This document shows, piece by piece, positions 33,197 to 43,822 of a DNA stretch of 64,000 bases. The translations under genes and the position numbers were made by a program. Origin of the DNA: a candidate division WOR-3 bacterium (lineage in GTDB: Bacteria; Hydrothermota; Tepidihabitantia; Tepidihabitantales; Tepidihabitantaceae); assembly GCA_965649205.1 (NCBI GenBank), contig CBFGJV010000009.1, positions 1 to 64,000 on the forward strand. Reading direction: 5' to 3'. Below the pieces are notes generated by a model. The model searched no databases. It had not been told where the DNA came from and saw nothing but the letters and a program-made list of their open reading frames with translations. How positions within the stretch are numbered: the stretch's first letter is position 1; each line of letters opens with the position of its first letter.

Positions 33197-35110
33197 CTAC
33201 TTCTTCTCCTCTTCGTCAATAACCTGATAATCTGCTTCCACTTTCTTACCGGACTCAGATCCGGACACACCGCTGTCCTTTGTCTTTGTTGCGCTCTCTC
33301 CAGACTTGGTCTCGGCCTGCTGGCGGTACATCTCCTCAGCCAGTTTGTAGCTCACCTTCTGCAGTTCTTCGATAGCCGAATCAATCGCCGCCTTATCATC
33401 GCCCTTCATGGCGGTCTTCAGAGCAGCAATTGCTTCCTCTACGCGCTTTCTCTCGTCTGCCGCCACCCGCGAACCAAAATCCTTCAGCGTGCGCTCGGTC
33501 TGATAAATAAGAGTATCAGCCCGATTGCGGCTGTCAACCAGCTCGCGTCGCCGCCGGTCTTCGGCTGCATGGGCCTGAGCCTCGGCAATCTTGCGTTCCA
33601 CTTCCTCCTTCGACAGTCCGGAAGAAGCGGTAATCCTGATGCTCTGTTCTTTGCCGGTTGCCTTGTCTCTGGCCGTTACATTGAGAATGCCATTTGAATC
33701 AATGTCAAACGTGACCTCAATCTGCGGAATACCGCGCGGAGCAGGCGGGATTCCCGTAAGTTCAAACTTGCCCAGAGTACGGTTATCCGCCGCCATCTCC
33801 CGCTCTCCTTGCAACACATGTATCGTCACGGCCGGCTGATTGTCCTCAGCGGTAGTGAAAATCTGCGTCTTGCGGGTGGGTATGGTGGTATTCCGCTCGA
33901 TTATCTTGGTCATCACTCCGCCCAAAGTCTCAATACCCAGAGACAGCGGAGTAACATCGAGAAGTACGATATCCTTCACCTCACCGGCCAGAACTGCCCC
34001 TTGAATGGCCGCACCAATGGCAACCACTTCGTCCGGGTTTATGCCCTTGTGTGGCTCCTTGCCAAAGAACTGCCGGACCGTTTCCTGCACCTTGGGCATA
34101 CGGGTCTGCCCACCCACCAGAATCACCTCGTCTATGTCCCGGGGAGTAAGCTTGGCATCGGCCAAAGCCTGCTTCACCGGGCCCAGCGTTTTCTCAATCA
34201 GGTCTGCAACCAAAAGCTCCAGCTTGGCCCTTGTCAGCCTCATATCTATGTGCAACGGCCCCCGTTTCTCGTCCGCGTAGATGAAAGGCAGACTTATGGT
34301 AGTTTCCATCGAGGTGGAAAGCTCGCACTTCGCCTTTTCTGCCGCCTCCCTTATCCGCTGCAATGCGGTCTTGTCCCGCGAAAGGTCGATTCCGTTCTCG
34401 CGGCGGAACTCTTCAATTATCCAGTCCATCACGCGCTGATCGAAATCGTCTCCACCCAGATGGGTATCACCGTTGGTGCTCTTCACCTCAAACACGCCCT
34501 CGCCTATTTCCAGAATGGAAATATCAAAGGTGCCGCCACCCAGGTCATATACGGCTATCTTCTCAGACTTCTTCTTGTCCAAACCATAAGCCAGAGCCGC
34601 AGCTGTGGGCTCGTTGATGATGCGCAACACCTCCAGACCGGCAATCCTACCTGCATCCTTGGTTGCGTGCCGCTGAGAATCGTTGAAATAGGCCGGCACG
34701 GTAATCACCGCTTTCGTCACAGCCTCGCCCAAATATGCCTCGGCGGCTTTCTTCAGGTATTGCAACACCATGGCAGAAATTTCCGGCGGGGAATACTTCT
34801 GGCCATTTACCTCCACCCAGGCGTCACCATTATCTGCGGGCACTACCTTGAAAGGCACCCGCTTTATTTCCTCGGTCACTTCGGAATAGCGCCTGCCCAT
34901 AAAACGTTTGATGGAATACAGGGTAGTCTCCGGATTGATGACCGCCTGACGACGCGCCAATGTGCCTACCAGACGTTCCTTCCCCAGAGCCACAACTGAA
35001 GGCGTAGTTCTGCCGCCTTCTGGATTCGGGATAACAACCGGCTGCCCCCGCTCCATCACTGCCACACACGAAAAAGTTGTTCCCAAGTCTATACCAATTA
35101 CTTTCGCCAT
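33197..35110 (-). CDS. dnaK: Chaperone DnaK (Hsp70)
   Basis: Start [12 protein letters not shown] at 35110 after [48 protein letters not shown]. Confidence 0.99.
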   Translation of the reverse strand: MAKVIGIDLGTTFSCVAVMERGQPVVIPNPEGGRTTPSVVALGKERLVGTLARRQAVINPETTLYSIKRFMGRRYSEVTEEIKRVPFKVVPADNGDAWVEVNGQKYSPPEISAMVLQYLKKAAEAYLGEAVTKAVITVPAYFNDSQRHATKDAGRIAGLEVLRIINEPTAAALAYGLDKKKSEKIAVYDLGGGTFDISILEIGEGVFEVKSTNGDTHLGGDDFDQRVMDWIIEEFRRENGIDLSRDKTALQRIREAAEKAKCELSTSMETTISLPFIYADEKRGPLHIDMRLTRAKLELLVADLIEKTLGPVKQALADAKLTPRDIDEVILVGGQTRMPKVQETVRQFFGKEPHKGINPDEVVAIGAAIQGAVLAGEVKDIVLLDVTPLSLGIETLGGVMTKIIERNTTIPTRKTQIFTTAEDNQPAVTIHVLQGEREMAADNRTLGKFELTGIPPAPRGIPQIEVTFDIDSNGILNVTARDKATGKEQSIRITASSGLSKEEVERKIAEAQAHAAEDRRRRELVDSRNRADTLIYQTERTLKDFGSRVAADERKRVEEAIAALKTAMKGDDKAAIDSAIEELQKVSYKLAEEMYRQQAETKSGESATKTKDSGVSGSESGKKVEADYQVIDEEEKK

Positions 35111-35136
35111 ACTAAACCTCCTGTTCTGACAAATTC

Positions 35137-35835
35137 CTACTTCCCTGTCTGTACCGGCTTGGCTACGACAACCTTCGCCGGCCTGATTACCTTGCCTCGG
35201 CAACTGAAGCCCTTGCACTGCTCTGCCACCACTGTATCGGGCTTGTGCTCTTCTGTATGCACAAAGCTTATTGCCTCTGCTCTCCTTGGATCAAACTCTT
35301 CACCCAGACAACTGTACTCCTCCACTCCCTGCCGGGCCAACGCCTCGGCCAGCTGACGTCGGATAAGCACTATCCCTTCCCGCAGCTTATCTACGCTCCT
35401 TGCACTGTCATAGGCAGCAGAAGCGGCGGTCTTGGCCCCGTCGCCTCGTTCCGAACCGCTCTCCTCTCCCTTTTCCCGCGCGGCATTCTGCCCGGAATCG
35501 GCCTGCACCTTCTCACCCTCGCTGCCTGTACTCTTCCCACCGCCTACCTGCGTCCCTTTCTCCAGCATAGCCAGGGCTCTATCGAAACTGTCCAGAACCG
35601 GCAAAAGCTCGCAGACGACCGACTCTATGGCTGCCTGCCTCACCATTTCAAACTCTCTCTGCATTCTACGGCGATAGTTCTCAAACTCAGCCAAAGAACG
35701 GACATACTGCTCCTTGTGCTCGGCACACTCTTTCTCCAGTGCCGCGCACTTTTCCACTAATTCGGTCACGGGTCCCTTCTTGGGCTGAGCTTCGGAACTA
35801 CTTCCTGCGCCTGCATGAGAAAAACTTTCCGACAT
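35137..35835 (-). CDS. grpE: Nucleotide exchange factor GrpE (with a low-complexity insertion)
   Basis: [37 protein letters not shown]. Start placed at ATG 35835 (uncertain). Confidence 0.92.
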   Translation of the reverse strand: MSESFSHAGAGSSSEAQPKKGPVTELVEKCAALEKECAEHKEQYVRSLAEFENYRRRMQREFEMVRQAAIESVVCELLPVLDSFDRALAMLEKGTQVGGGKSTGSEGEKVQADSGQNAAREKGEESGSERGDGAKTAASAAYDSARSVDKLREGIVLIRRQLAEALARQGVEEYSCLGEEFDPRRAEAISFVHTEEHKPDTVVAEQCKGFSCRGKVIRPAKVVVAKPVQTGK

Positions 35836-36340
35836 AATTTTATGTGTATAACTTATTCCTCCGTTTATAGACCTGTAAAGAACATTACCTACTTGTGGAC
35901 TTACCACTTAGACCACTTTTATCCGCCTGCCGATTCCCGCACCAACCACAACACCAGGCCAGGCATCGTCACTACAACTTATGAACCAACAGCCCAGAGG
36001 ACTTGCCCCGGTTCTAACATCACCGCCGTCATACCATTTCATATACAAAGCCAACTGTCATTCATACAACCCCTTACAATGCTAAGCTTTACCATCTGTT
36101 ACTTATATGTCCAACTTCTACAATAGACAGAGTGTTATCCGAACCCTATATCCACGTATCACAACCAGACCCCACCCCTGGGCAACTGGGGGAACGGCTC
36201 CCCCACTGAGGTATCCACAAGGTGTATTTATCTTTCTCAGGAACGCAATTCAAGTTTGTTGCGCTTTATCTTCTAATTTTATGGTCACTTAAGTCGCTCA
36301 ATCTGTGCCTTGGTTTTGTGGTACACCCAGTCTTGCCCCC

Positions 36341-36370
36341 AAAAAAGGAGCGGGCACTAAGGCCCGCTCC
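36341..36370 (-). terminator. Intrinsic terminator of the 1831-aa protein gene
   Basis: Minus strand GGAGCGGGC-CTTAGT-GCCCGCTCC-TTTTTT. Confidence 0.88.
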
Positions 36371-36391
36371 AACTTCACCACCCGAAGCAGG

Positions 36392-39300
36392 TTATTTCTT
36401 TATCGCCAGCTTCTGCGCAAGATGCAGGTTACCGGTATCCAGTCGGATAACATACACGCCGGCTGACAGATGACGCAGGTCTAGTAAAGTACCGGCTTCC
36501 CAATCGACAAAGACCAGTTCCCGGACAAGAACGCATCGCCCCAACGCATCAAAGATGCGCAGAGTTGCGCCTTGAACCGCATAATTCTTCAGCCCCGATA
36601 CTCTGAGCGTGGCAAATCCGTCAACCAACGGATTCGGCATCACGCGGATAACCACCGTCCTTGTCTGCGCTTGGGCTTGTACCCCTGAAACTGGCGCTAG
36701 AGAACCTGCAGGCTTATACTTCGGTTCTACATATCTCCAGAACTCGTGGGTCTTGTTGCCCTTGAGCAGGAACAATGCCCTGTCCTTCCAGTTTACTAAA
36801 CTGCCGCCGGCTTTTACGGTCTTCTTGCCTCCCGAACCGGTGCGGGGTATTGTATCCAGAATTGACCAGCTATCTCCATTAGGACTATACCGGAAAAACG
36901 ACTGACTGCCGCCGCCCTTCACCGCATAAATATGGCCGTCGCACCAGACACCTCCAGCCCCGTCTTTAGACTTTTTCCTCTTTTCTTTTCCATCTTCTAT
37001 CCCCCAGACCGGCATTCCCTTGAGCGGACTAGGATTCCAGCTGTCCCTTGCCACATCATACCGGAACATATAATGGTAACCGTTGCCCCCAATCTCCGCT
37101 GCCTGGTGGGCATAGATAAAACGGGACCGGTCATACACAAGGAATGAACCTCTGGCGTACTTCTTTCTGTAATTACCATAAGGAGCGCTCTCCAGCGTGG
37201 TCCACTGTCTTAAGTCCACATCATAACGATAGAAGGCGGTCTTGACCCCGGCAAGCAGGTAGATGTATTCTTTCCCGCCTTTTTCCACATAAACAAGGTC
37301 ATTGCCGCCCTTTATCTTCTGAGGAACTCGGGGCAAAGTTTCCCACTTGCCTTCTTCTACCCGGTACCGCCAGAACCCCTGAGTGCCGCCACCTTTGACC
37401 ATAAACAGATACTCTCTGCCGTCAGAAACTGCACAAGACCCCTTGGACACCGGCTTGAGTTTTCCCAGTGCCGGCTCCAGTTCCGGAATCGGAGAAAGTA
37501 TAACCCAGCTGTCCCTTTCTGGATAGTATTTGTAGAAGTCGCTTGTCTTGTTACCCTTGGCCGCATAAATGACTGTGCCACTTCTGTCTTTATCCGGCCC
37601 TGCCACCAGCCAAGCACCATCCTTGGGCAACCGCGTCCTGGTGGGCAAGTCCGGCATGGGACTCACATCATCCCACCCCTCAGGCCAGAGTTGTTCCACG
37701 ACATTGCAAGTGCGCAACTTGCGGTCATTCTCCGGTCTGGTATCTGTAGCAAGCTGGGTCTGAGCCACCAGGTTGTACAGCCCGGGCTCGTCCGGAATCC
37801 AGCCGCGACCAAACAAGATGCCTTTTTCTTCCCCCACAGACAGACTCACAGTTGTCGTTTCGTCATACACTATCTCGTCATTAGGACCGGCAATAGTAAC
37901 CCGCACTGGTACTTCCGGCTCCGCAACCTCTCCGTAGTTACCAACTACCAGCATCGGAAACTGAGCCTGCCCCAAGACAACTCGCGCGGCGGGCTCCACG
38001 ATTGCTTTCACGCCGACATCGTGCACCAACGAAGCTGACACCACTCGAAAACTTCTTATCAGGCTGTCGTTATCATTACGACCGTCTCCCGCCAGCTCCG
38101 TAGAACAGCGCACCACATAATCGCCTAGCAGAGAGGCAGTCCAGGATGCAGCAAACTCGTAGGTCAGTGGTTCTCCACCGACAGGAATCACCTTGTCCAC
38201 CTGTTCCGATACGCTCCATCCCTCATTTGTCGGACCGGTAATAGTTACACGTACATACGGTTGAATCGCGCGATTACCGAAGTTAGCCACAACAACTCGG
38301 GGATGGACCGGCGTGTTTGTCGCCACCTCCCCAGCCGGATACAGAATGGCAGTAACTCCTGCATCGTACTTATCCAACTCTACCTGAAACTCTCCTTCAT
38401 CTGCGGGACCGGCCGTGTTACCTGCATAATCGAACGCCTCCACAGTCCAGATATAGGTACGCCCATCTTCCAGTTCTTCGGTCGGCTCCAGCTGATAGGA
38501 AGTGCGCCGAGTATTTTCCGGCTGCTCTATATCCCGCTCCAGCACCACCTGCCCCACAGAACGGACCGTGAGTCGGAAACGCCGGGTATCATCTGTACCC
38601 TCCCATTCCAGCAGGGGACGCAGGGTATTTACCTTCACCCCTCCTATCGGCCGGACCAGAACCGGTCTGCCGGGCGGGGTCAAATCAACGAAGACGCTGA
38701 AAAAAGAATCGCACCATGGTCCCGGCGCACCATTATCACCTCGCACCCGCCAGTACCAGCGGCCTTCCTCCAGCCCGGGCTCCTGCGGAATCCAGCGGTT
38801 GGTACCAATACCGGTAACAATGTACTCTGGCGTCTGAAAATCATCATTGTCATCCAGCTGTATGTCATAACCAGACACCGGCGGGCCAAGCGCACTCCAA
38901 AAGAACTCCGGCCGGCGCTGCTGCGGAGCTTTGACCGTGTCTCCATCGGGCGGCGTTTGCAAAACAGGTGCCTCTGTCAGCACAGTTCGGAATGTCTGAA
39001 TTCCCCCCGTATTCTCAGTCTCGCCGGCTGCATTTCTTGCCACTATCTTCCAGTAGTAGTCAGTATTCGGCAACAATTCCGGCGGCGAGTATGATTCTGC
39101 CGACGCGGTTGTCTTGAACTCCGGCGGGTTCTTTGTATCGAGGTATACATCATAACTCTCTGCCCTTTCAGCCCGCTGCCATTGCATAATGACAGCGAGC
39201 GGTACCCCCTTTGCCCCATCTGACGGATAGGAAAGCGAAAAGCCGCCCGGTTTTGCCAGCGTAGTAAAACTATAGACCTTTGCTGCCAACGTCCTCTGGC

Positions 39301-41887
39301 CGGGCACATCTTTGTCCTTGGCCGCCACGGTCCAGTAGTACTTCTGTCCCGGCAAAGCCGTATAGGTGTACTCCGGCACCGACACGTCTGCCACCGAATC
39401 CGGCTGGTCCGGATTTGTGCCAAAGAAAACAGTCCAACTGTTAGCTCCTGCGCCACCAGACCAGACAAGAGTACCACTGACAGGAACGCCCGTAGTATCA
39501 TCTGGCGGGTAGAGCTGAACCGGAGCGCCCAGCCTTACATAGAAATCGCGTACCTCATTGCTCGCAGTGCGTTGACCATAGTCATCCTTGGCGGCTACGG
39601 TCCAGTAGTAGCGTCCGCCTGGAACCAAACCGGTGTACTGATAGGTGTTGTTCGTCACCGGCTCAATCGGAACTGACTCGGGCATGCTGTTCGTGCCCAG
39701 AAACACCGACCACTTGGTTGCTCCGCCACCTGCAGACCACAAAAGATTCCCCTCTGCAGGCACATTCTTTTCTCCTGCAGTCGGCAGAAGAAGATTCGGT
39801 GCGGCCAGCGCCACCCGGAAACTCCAGGTATCAGAAGAAGTCACACCTGTGCTGTTCTTCGCCAGAACAAACCAGTGGTAAAGCGCACCGTAGGTCAGTC
39901 CGGCATAGGAAAACGGCGAACCGGACACATTCCCCTGATAAAGTGATGGCGGGTAGTCCGTTCCCAAATAGACCCGAAAACTGTCAGCATTCGCTCCCCC
40001 GGTCCACGCCAGAGTTCCGGCTGGTGGGATGTTCCTGCTCCCATTGGCGGGAGAAAGAAGTGTCACTGCGCCAGGGGCAGAAACGTATTCATCCGCCCCG
40101 ATGTCCGGCCCCTCTGGCGGATTACCGGTCTTACGCAAATGGCCGTCAATGTCTCTGGTAATGTCGGGCGCCAGCGAAACTCCCTTGCCGATACATAAGG
40201 ACCCGGCCGCAAGATGCAGGTCCGGCACTCCCACAATGCCCGGGTCAACCGAAATGCTCGCACCATCATTGCCTGTCTGTTGCCAGTCGGTCAGCGTACG
40301 ATAATCCGTGGTATTTATGCGCCCTACGTAGCCGGAAGGACAATACAGGTCATTGTGGTTGGACTCAACAAAAGAAGAACTGCTCTGCAGGTTATAGCAA
40401 TAGGAAGAACCGGTTCCCTTGTTCCAGATTATATTGTTCTTGGCAGTAACATTTACTCCTTCGTAACAGAATATACCGTAACGGTAGTTACTGCTGGATG
40501 AGCCGACCAGAGTGTTATAATACAGCCCCGGATTCTCCTGGTAACGCACAGATATGGCTGTATCTGTAAAACCATACACAAAGTTGTTATAGATCTGATT
40601 CCGCTTTCCCCTTCCGGCTCCGGTATAGCTGAGCATCTGTATCCCGCAAGCGCCGGTTGTCATCAGTCTGTTTCCGATTACCGACACATCGTCGCAATAG
40701 TAGTAAACCCTGATGCCGGCGGTCGAATTCCCGTTCACCGTACACCCTTCAATCCGACAAGTGTCAGCATTCCTGAGGTATATTCCCGCGCCGCCGCCGG
40801 TCATCGTCACTTCACAATTCTCCACTACAGCGCGGACGACGTTGTTATCCAAATATACCCCGCCATTTGTAGAACTGCTGCTAATCTTGCAGTTTCTTAC
40901 GCGGCTGCCAGCTCCAGTGCGCTGTTCCAGAAATACACCGCCAGACGTGCCGCCAGTAACCGTAACCTCTTCCACTGTAACATTCTTTGCTCTGCATTGC
41001 ACACCGTAGGTGGAATTACCGGCAACTGTCCCCCGCCAGACCAGCCCATTATCCGCCCCGGCGGCAAAGTAAATACCGGCCGACCCGCCAGTCATAGTCA
41101 CCGCCGTAGATTCAATTACGATACCCGCGGGCAACACATTTATGCCGTAACCAGTGGAAGAATTAATGACGCATCCACGAATTACGCAAGCTGTAGCGCT
41201 GCTGCTCGTTCCTATGCCCCCACTTCCACCTGTGCAGGAAACGATTGTGCTCTCCACTATGACGTCCGCGGCTCCTATGTGGAGTGAATAGTTGGACGTA
41301 CCGCTTACATTGCAACCCCGCACCCGAGCGCCAGATGAGTTGTTGTAAATGTAAATCCCCTGATTTCCTCCGGTTTTCGTCACATACGTGCTTACCAGCT
41401 CAATGTTACGTGAATTGTTCAGTTCTATGCCATTAGAAGGCTGACCGGATACGGTACCAAAGATGGAGCACTGCCTGACTGTGCCGCCGTTGCAGTTCTC
41501 AAACAGAACGCCGTCAGCTGTCGCCTTGCCAATGCGCAAACCCTCAAGTATCACATTGTGCGTACCGCTTATTTTGAAGCCCTGCTGGGCATCACTGGCA
41601 TCAATAAAAACAATCTCTCCAGGCTTGGGTCGGAAGGTTATAGAATAGGACCCTGAATTTGCGACATTGGTCAGGGTTACCTGACCGGTATACGTAGTTC
41701 CTCCTACCGCCTCAAATACGCAGGGACCAGATACGCCGTACAGATTCAGCGAATCTGCGGCTTCCCTAAAAGACCTGAACTTCTGGGCGTTGGGGTCAAT
41801 GGTGTAGGTGCCCGCGTATTGAGCGATAGCCATTCCTGCCGCTAGCCCTGAAGCGATTAACCAAAAGAAAAGACGGTTGTGACGCAT
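36392..41887 (-). CDS. Giant secreted protein (1831 aa): right-handed beta-helix, ~6 FN3-like repeats, 2 CARDB-like domains, Kelch-like propeller, T9SS-like CTD
   Basis: Signal peptide. Beta-helix repeats (GI.l......V..C.V). Repeats L..P..G......L.W......Y.V.LGT...Y.W.V.AK. DAGVTAILYP and DVGVKAIVEP. Kelch blades homologous to those at 5.7-6.7 and 10.1-11.1 kb. CTD PNP...FDALGR...SAGVY...QKLAIKK. Confidence 0.85.
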   Translation of the reverse strand: MRHNRLFFWLIASGLAAGMAIAQYAGTYTIDPNAQKFRSFREAADSLNLYGVSGPCVFEAVGGTTYTGQVTLTNVANSGSYSITFRPKPGEIVFIDASDAQQGFKISGTHNVILEGLRIGKATADGVLFENCNGGTVRQCSIFGTVSGQPSNGIELNNSRNIELVSTYVTKTGGNQGIYIYNNSSGARVRGCNVSGTSNYSLHIGAADVIVESTIVSCTGGSGGIGTSSSATACVIRGCVINSSTGYGINVLPAGIVIESTAVTMTGGSAGIYFAAGADNGLVWRGTVAGNSTYGVQCRAKNVTVEEVTVTGGTSGGVFLEQRTGAGSRVRNCKISSSSTNGGVYLDNNVVRAVVENCEVTMTGGGAGIYLRNADTCRIEGCTVNGNSTAGIRVYYYCDDVSVIGNRLMTTGACGIQMLSYTGAGRGKRNQIYNNFVYGFTDTAISVRYQENPGLYYNTLVGSSSSNYRYGIFCYEGVNVTAKNNIIWNKGTGSSYCYNLQSSSSFVESNHNDLYCPSGYVGRINTTDYRTLTDWQQTGNDGASISVDPGIVGVPDLHLAAGSLCIGKGVSLAPDITRDIDGHLRKTGNPPEGPDIGADEYVSAPGAVTLLSPANGSRNIPPAGTLAWTGGANADSFRVYLGTDYPPSLYQGNVSGSPFSYAGLTYGALYHWFVLAKNSTGVTSSDTWSFRVALAAPNLLLPTAGEKNVPAEGNLLWSAGGGATKWSVFLGTNSMPESVPIEPVTNNTYQYTGLVPGGRYYWTVAAKDDYGQRTASNEVRDFYVRLGAPVQLYPPDDTTGVPVSGTLVWSGGAGANSWTVFFGTNPDQPDSVADVSVPEYTYTALPGQKYYWTVAAKDKDVPGQRTLAAKVYSFTTLAKPGGFSLSYPSDGAKGVPLAVIMQWQRAERAESYDVYLDTKNPPEFKTTASAESYSPPELLPNTDYYWKIVARNAAGETENTGGIQTFRTVLTEAPVLQTPPDGDTVKAPQQRRPEFFWSALGPPVSGYDIQLDDNDDFQTPEYIVTGIGTNRWIPQEPGLEEGRWYWRVRGDNGAPGPWCDSFFSVFVDLTPPGRPVLVRPIGGVKVNTLRPLLEWEGTDDTRRFRLTVRSVGQVVLERDIEQPENTRRTSYQLEPTEELEDGRTYIWTVEAFDYAGNTAGPADEGEFQVELDKYDAGVTAILYPAGEVATNTPVHPRVVVANFGNRAIQPYVRVTITGPTNEGWSVSEQVDKVIPVGGEPLTYEFAASWTASLLGDYVVRCSTELAGDGRNDNDSLIRSFRVVSASLVHDVGVKAIVEPAARVVLGQAQFPMLVVGNYGEVAEPEVPVRVTIAGPNDEIVYDETTTVSLSVGEEKGILFGRGWIPDEPGLYNLVAQTQLATDTRPENDRKLRTCNVVEQLWPEGWDDVSPMPDLPTRTRLPKDGAWLVAGPDKDRSGTVIYAAKGNKTSDFYKYYPERDSWVILSPIPELEPALGKLKPVSKGSCAVSDGREYLFMVKGGGTQGFWRYRVEEGKWETLPRVPQKIKGGNDLVYVEKGGKEYIYLLAGVKTAFYRYDVDLRQWTTLESAPYGNYRKKYARGSFLVYDRSRFIYAHQAAEIGGNGYHYMFRYDVARDSWNPSPLKGMPVWGIEDGKEKRKKSKDGAGGVWCDGHIYAVKGGGSQSFFRYSPNGDSWSILDTIPRTGSGGKKTVKAGGSLVNWKDRALFLLKGNKTHEFWRYVEPKYKPAGSLAPVSGVQAQAQTRTVVIRVMPNPLVDGFATLRVSGLKNYAVQGATLRIFDALGRCVLVRELVFVDWEAGTLLDLRHLSAGVYVIRLDTGNLHLAQKLAIKK

Positions 41888-41932
41888 AAAAATCCTTTCA
41901 GAGACGGTCTACTCCCGAACACTACTGGCGAG

Positions 41933-42074
41933 ATTATCTGCCAGCAAGGTAACGAGTCAAGACCCAAACAAAAAAGCGACATCGGCATCACTGCCCCATT
42001 CCCTCCCTACCTCCGCTGCAGAACCCCACACAGTCACACTTTTCGGTTGACAACCGCCATCTTCTCTTTAGAGT
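41933..42074. promoter_or_regulatory. Divergent promoter pair
   Basis: Minus strand: TTGACT (41960-41955)-16-GATAAT (41938-41933). Plus strand: TTGACA (42047-42052)-16-TAGAGT (42069-42074). Confidence 0.6.
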
Positions 42075-42112
42075 CAAACAGCTTCTTGATGTAATCGTAA
42101 GGCAAATCTCAA

Positions 42113-42949
42113 ATGCGCGCCAACTTCTGGTTTGCTTTGGCCCTGTCAGCTGTAGCCGCCCTGGGCACAGCCGGGGGCTCCCTAGCTGGTATGCTGGTAC
42201 GCCGACCTGGTCCCCGGTTCCTTGCTCTCAGCCTGGGGTTTTCGGCCGGGGTTATGATGTTCGTCTCCTTTGCCGAACTTCTCTCCACTAGTATTCAGGA
42301 CATCGGCTTCCTGCCCGCAACAGGAGCATTCTTTGCCGGCATGCTGGTTATGTTCCTGCTAGATGCAGTAGTGCCCCATCAGTTCGTAACAGAGGGAACT
42401 TTTTCCTCCGGCCATACTGCAGATGCCTGCCCGGACTTACAGAATATCCATCCCGGCCGGCACCGGTACCGAGGTGGACGAAAACTGGACGAACCTGCCT
42501 CCCTGTATCGTATGGGTATGCTGGTAGCGCTGGGTATCGCACTCCACAACCTACCTGAAGGAATGGCCACTTTTGCCGGAGCTATCAAGAATCGCGGCTT
42601 GGGCATTGCCATCGCCGCGGCCATTGCCCTACATAACATCCCGGAAGGTATCGCTGTAGCCGTCCCTGTGTACTGTGCCACCGGTTCGCGGCGCAAGGCT
42701 TTCGGCTGGTCTTTTCTCGCCGGAGCAGCCGAACTGGCCGGAGCTGTAATCGCCGCGGCGGTTTTCCTGCCCTTTTTGACCACAACCTTTCTGGCTCTCA
42801 CCCTATCCGCCGTGGCCGGTCTTATGGTATTCATCTCTCTTGACGAATTGATACCCGGCTCCTATGCATATGGCTACGAACACCTAAGCGTCCTTGGTGT
42901 AATCTCTGGTATGGTGCTTATGGCCGCAAGCATTCTCTTACTGAGCTGA
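42113..42949 (+). CDS. zupT: ZIP family metal transporter (ZupT-like)
   Basis: GFSAGVM, twin HNLPEG/HNIPEG motifs, AGLMVFISLDELIP, multiple TM segments. Confidence 0.92.
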   Translation: MRANFWFALALSAVAALGTAGGSLAGMLVRRPGPRFLALSLGFSAGVMMFVSFAELLSTSIQDIGFLPATGAFFAGMLVMFLLDAVVPHQFVTEGTFSSGHTADACPDLQNIHPGRHRYRGGRKLDEPASLYRMGMLVALGIALHNLPEGMATFAGAIKNRGLGIAIAAAIALHNIPEGIAVAVPVYCATGSRRKAFGWSFLAGAAELAGAVIAAAVFLPFLTTTFLALTLSAVAGLMVFISLDELIPGSYAYGYEHLSVLGVISGMVLMAASILLLS

Positions 42950-42960
42950 GAAGGAAGGAA

Positions 42961-43758
42961 TTGAAGAACAGGCTCTCTCTCTTAATCCCGCTGTCCGCCC
43001 TTGTCTTTCTGGCGACAGGGGGCGGAACAACTACCACCCGGGTCACAGCTGTGCACGACGGAGACACCTTCGAAACCAAAGAAGGCTGGCAGGTACGGAT
43101 GCTGGGCATTGACGCACCTGAACTGTACCAGCCGGGAGGAGATATAGCCCGCGATATTCTCGGCGCGTATCTTCTGAACAAGACGGTAAAGTTGGAACCT
43201 GACCGGGAAGACGAAGACAGATATGGAAGACTGCTCCGTTACGTTTATGTAGGCGACACCCTTGTAAATGCGGAGATGGTCAGAAAAGGCTATGCCGCTT
43301 TTCAACCGTTTCAGGAAAGTCTTAAACTGGCAGACACGCTGGCAAAACTGGAAGAGACTGCCGCCCGTATCGGAAAAGGACTCTGGGCATTCAACGTCTT
43401 TACTCCCCGGTCGTTGAAATTGCTAAAGGAAAAACTGAAATCAAGCGGGACTGACTCTACTAACCTGCTCGTAATCCCTTACACCAAAGCTGACAGCTTT
43501 ATCGGCCGGCTGGTAGCCGTAGAAGGAGTAGTAGTCAACACTTATCGTTCAAAGAAAATACTGATTCTCAACTTTCATCAGGACTACAAGCGGCACTTCA
43601 GTGCGGTGATATTTGCCACCGACCTGCCTCGATTTCCTCCCCACCCGGAAGACTTCTACAAAAAACGTCGCCTGCGCGTCACTGGCATTATTAAAGAATA
43701 CAAAGGCGCACCCCAGATAGTGGTCAAGGACCCGGAGCAAATTCAAATACTGGAATAA
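42961..43758 (+). CDS. Thermonuclease (SNase) family protein with C-terminal OB-fold-like domain
   Basis: VHDGDTF, VRMLGIDAPE, DRYGRLLRYV, GKGLW; C-terminal beta-rich segment ending VTG.I.EYKG.PQI.V..PEQI. Confidence 0.88.
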   Translation: MKNRLSLLIPLSALVFLATGGGTTTTRVTAVHDGDTFETKEGWQVRMLGIDAPELYQPGGDIARDILGAYLLNKTVKLEPDREDEDRYGRLLRYVYVGDTLVNAEMVRKGYAAFQPFQESLKLADTLAKLEETAARIGKGLWAFNVFTPRSLKLLKEKLKSSGTDSTNLLVIPYTKADSFIGRLVAVEGVVVNTYRSKKILILNFHQDYKRHFSAVIFATDLPRFPPHPEDFYKKRRLRVTGIIKEYKGAPQIVVKDPEQIQILE

Positions 43759-43822
43759 GCAGTATTTCAGCCTAAAGATATGCCTATCTTAAGTATTCCT
43801 CCCGCACCAGCAGGAGTATTCC

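Noticed and set aside
33809..34999. 396-aa ORF antisense to dnaK (similarly 52234-53328 opposite rpsA, 12143-13174, 32268-33092)
   Set aside because: Typical antisense shadow frames of codon-biased genes, with no recognisable motifs.
35840..36330. Replication origin suggested by DnaA-box-like 9-mers
   Set aside because: Only one perfect box, no dnaA/dnaN nearby, and by eye the + strand stays C-rich on both sides, so there is no skew switch.
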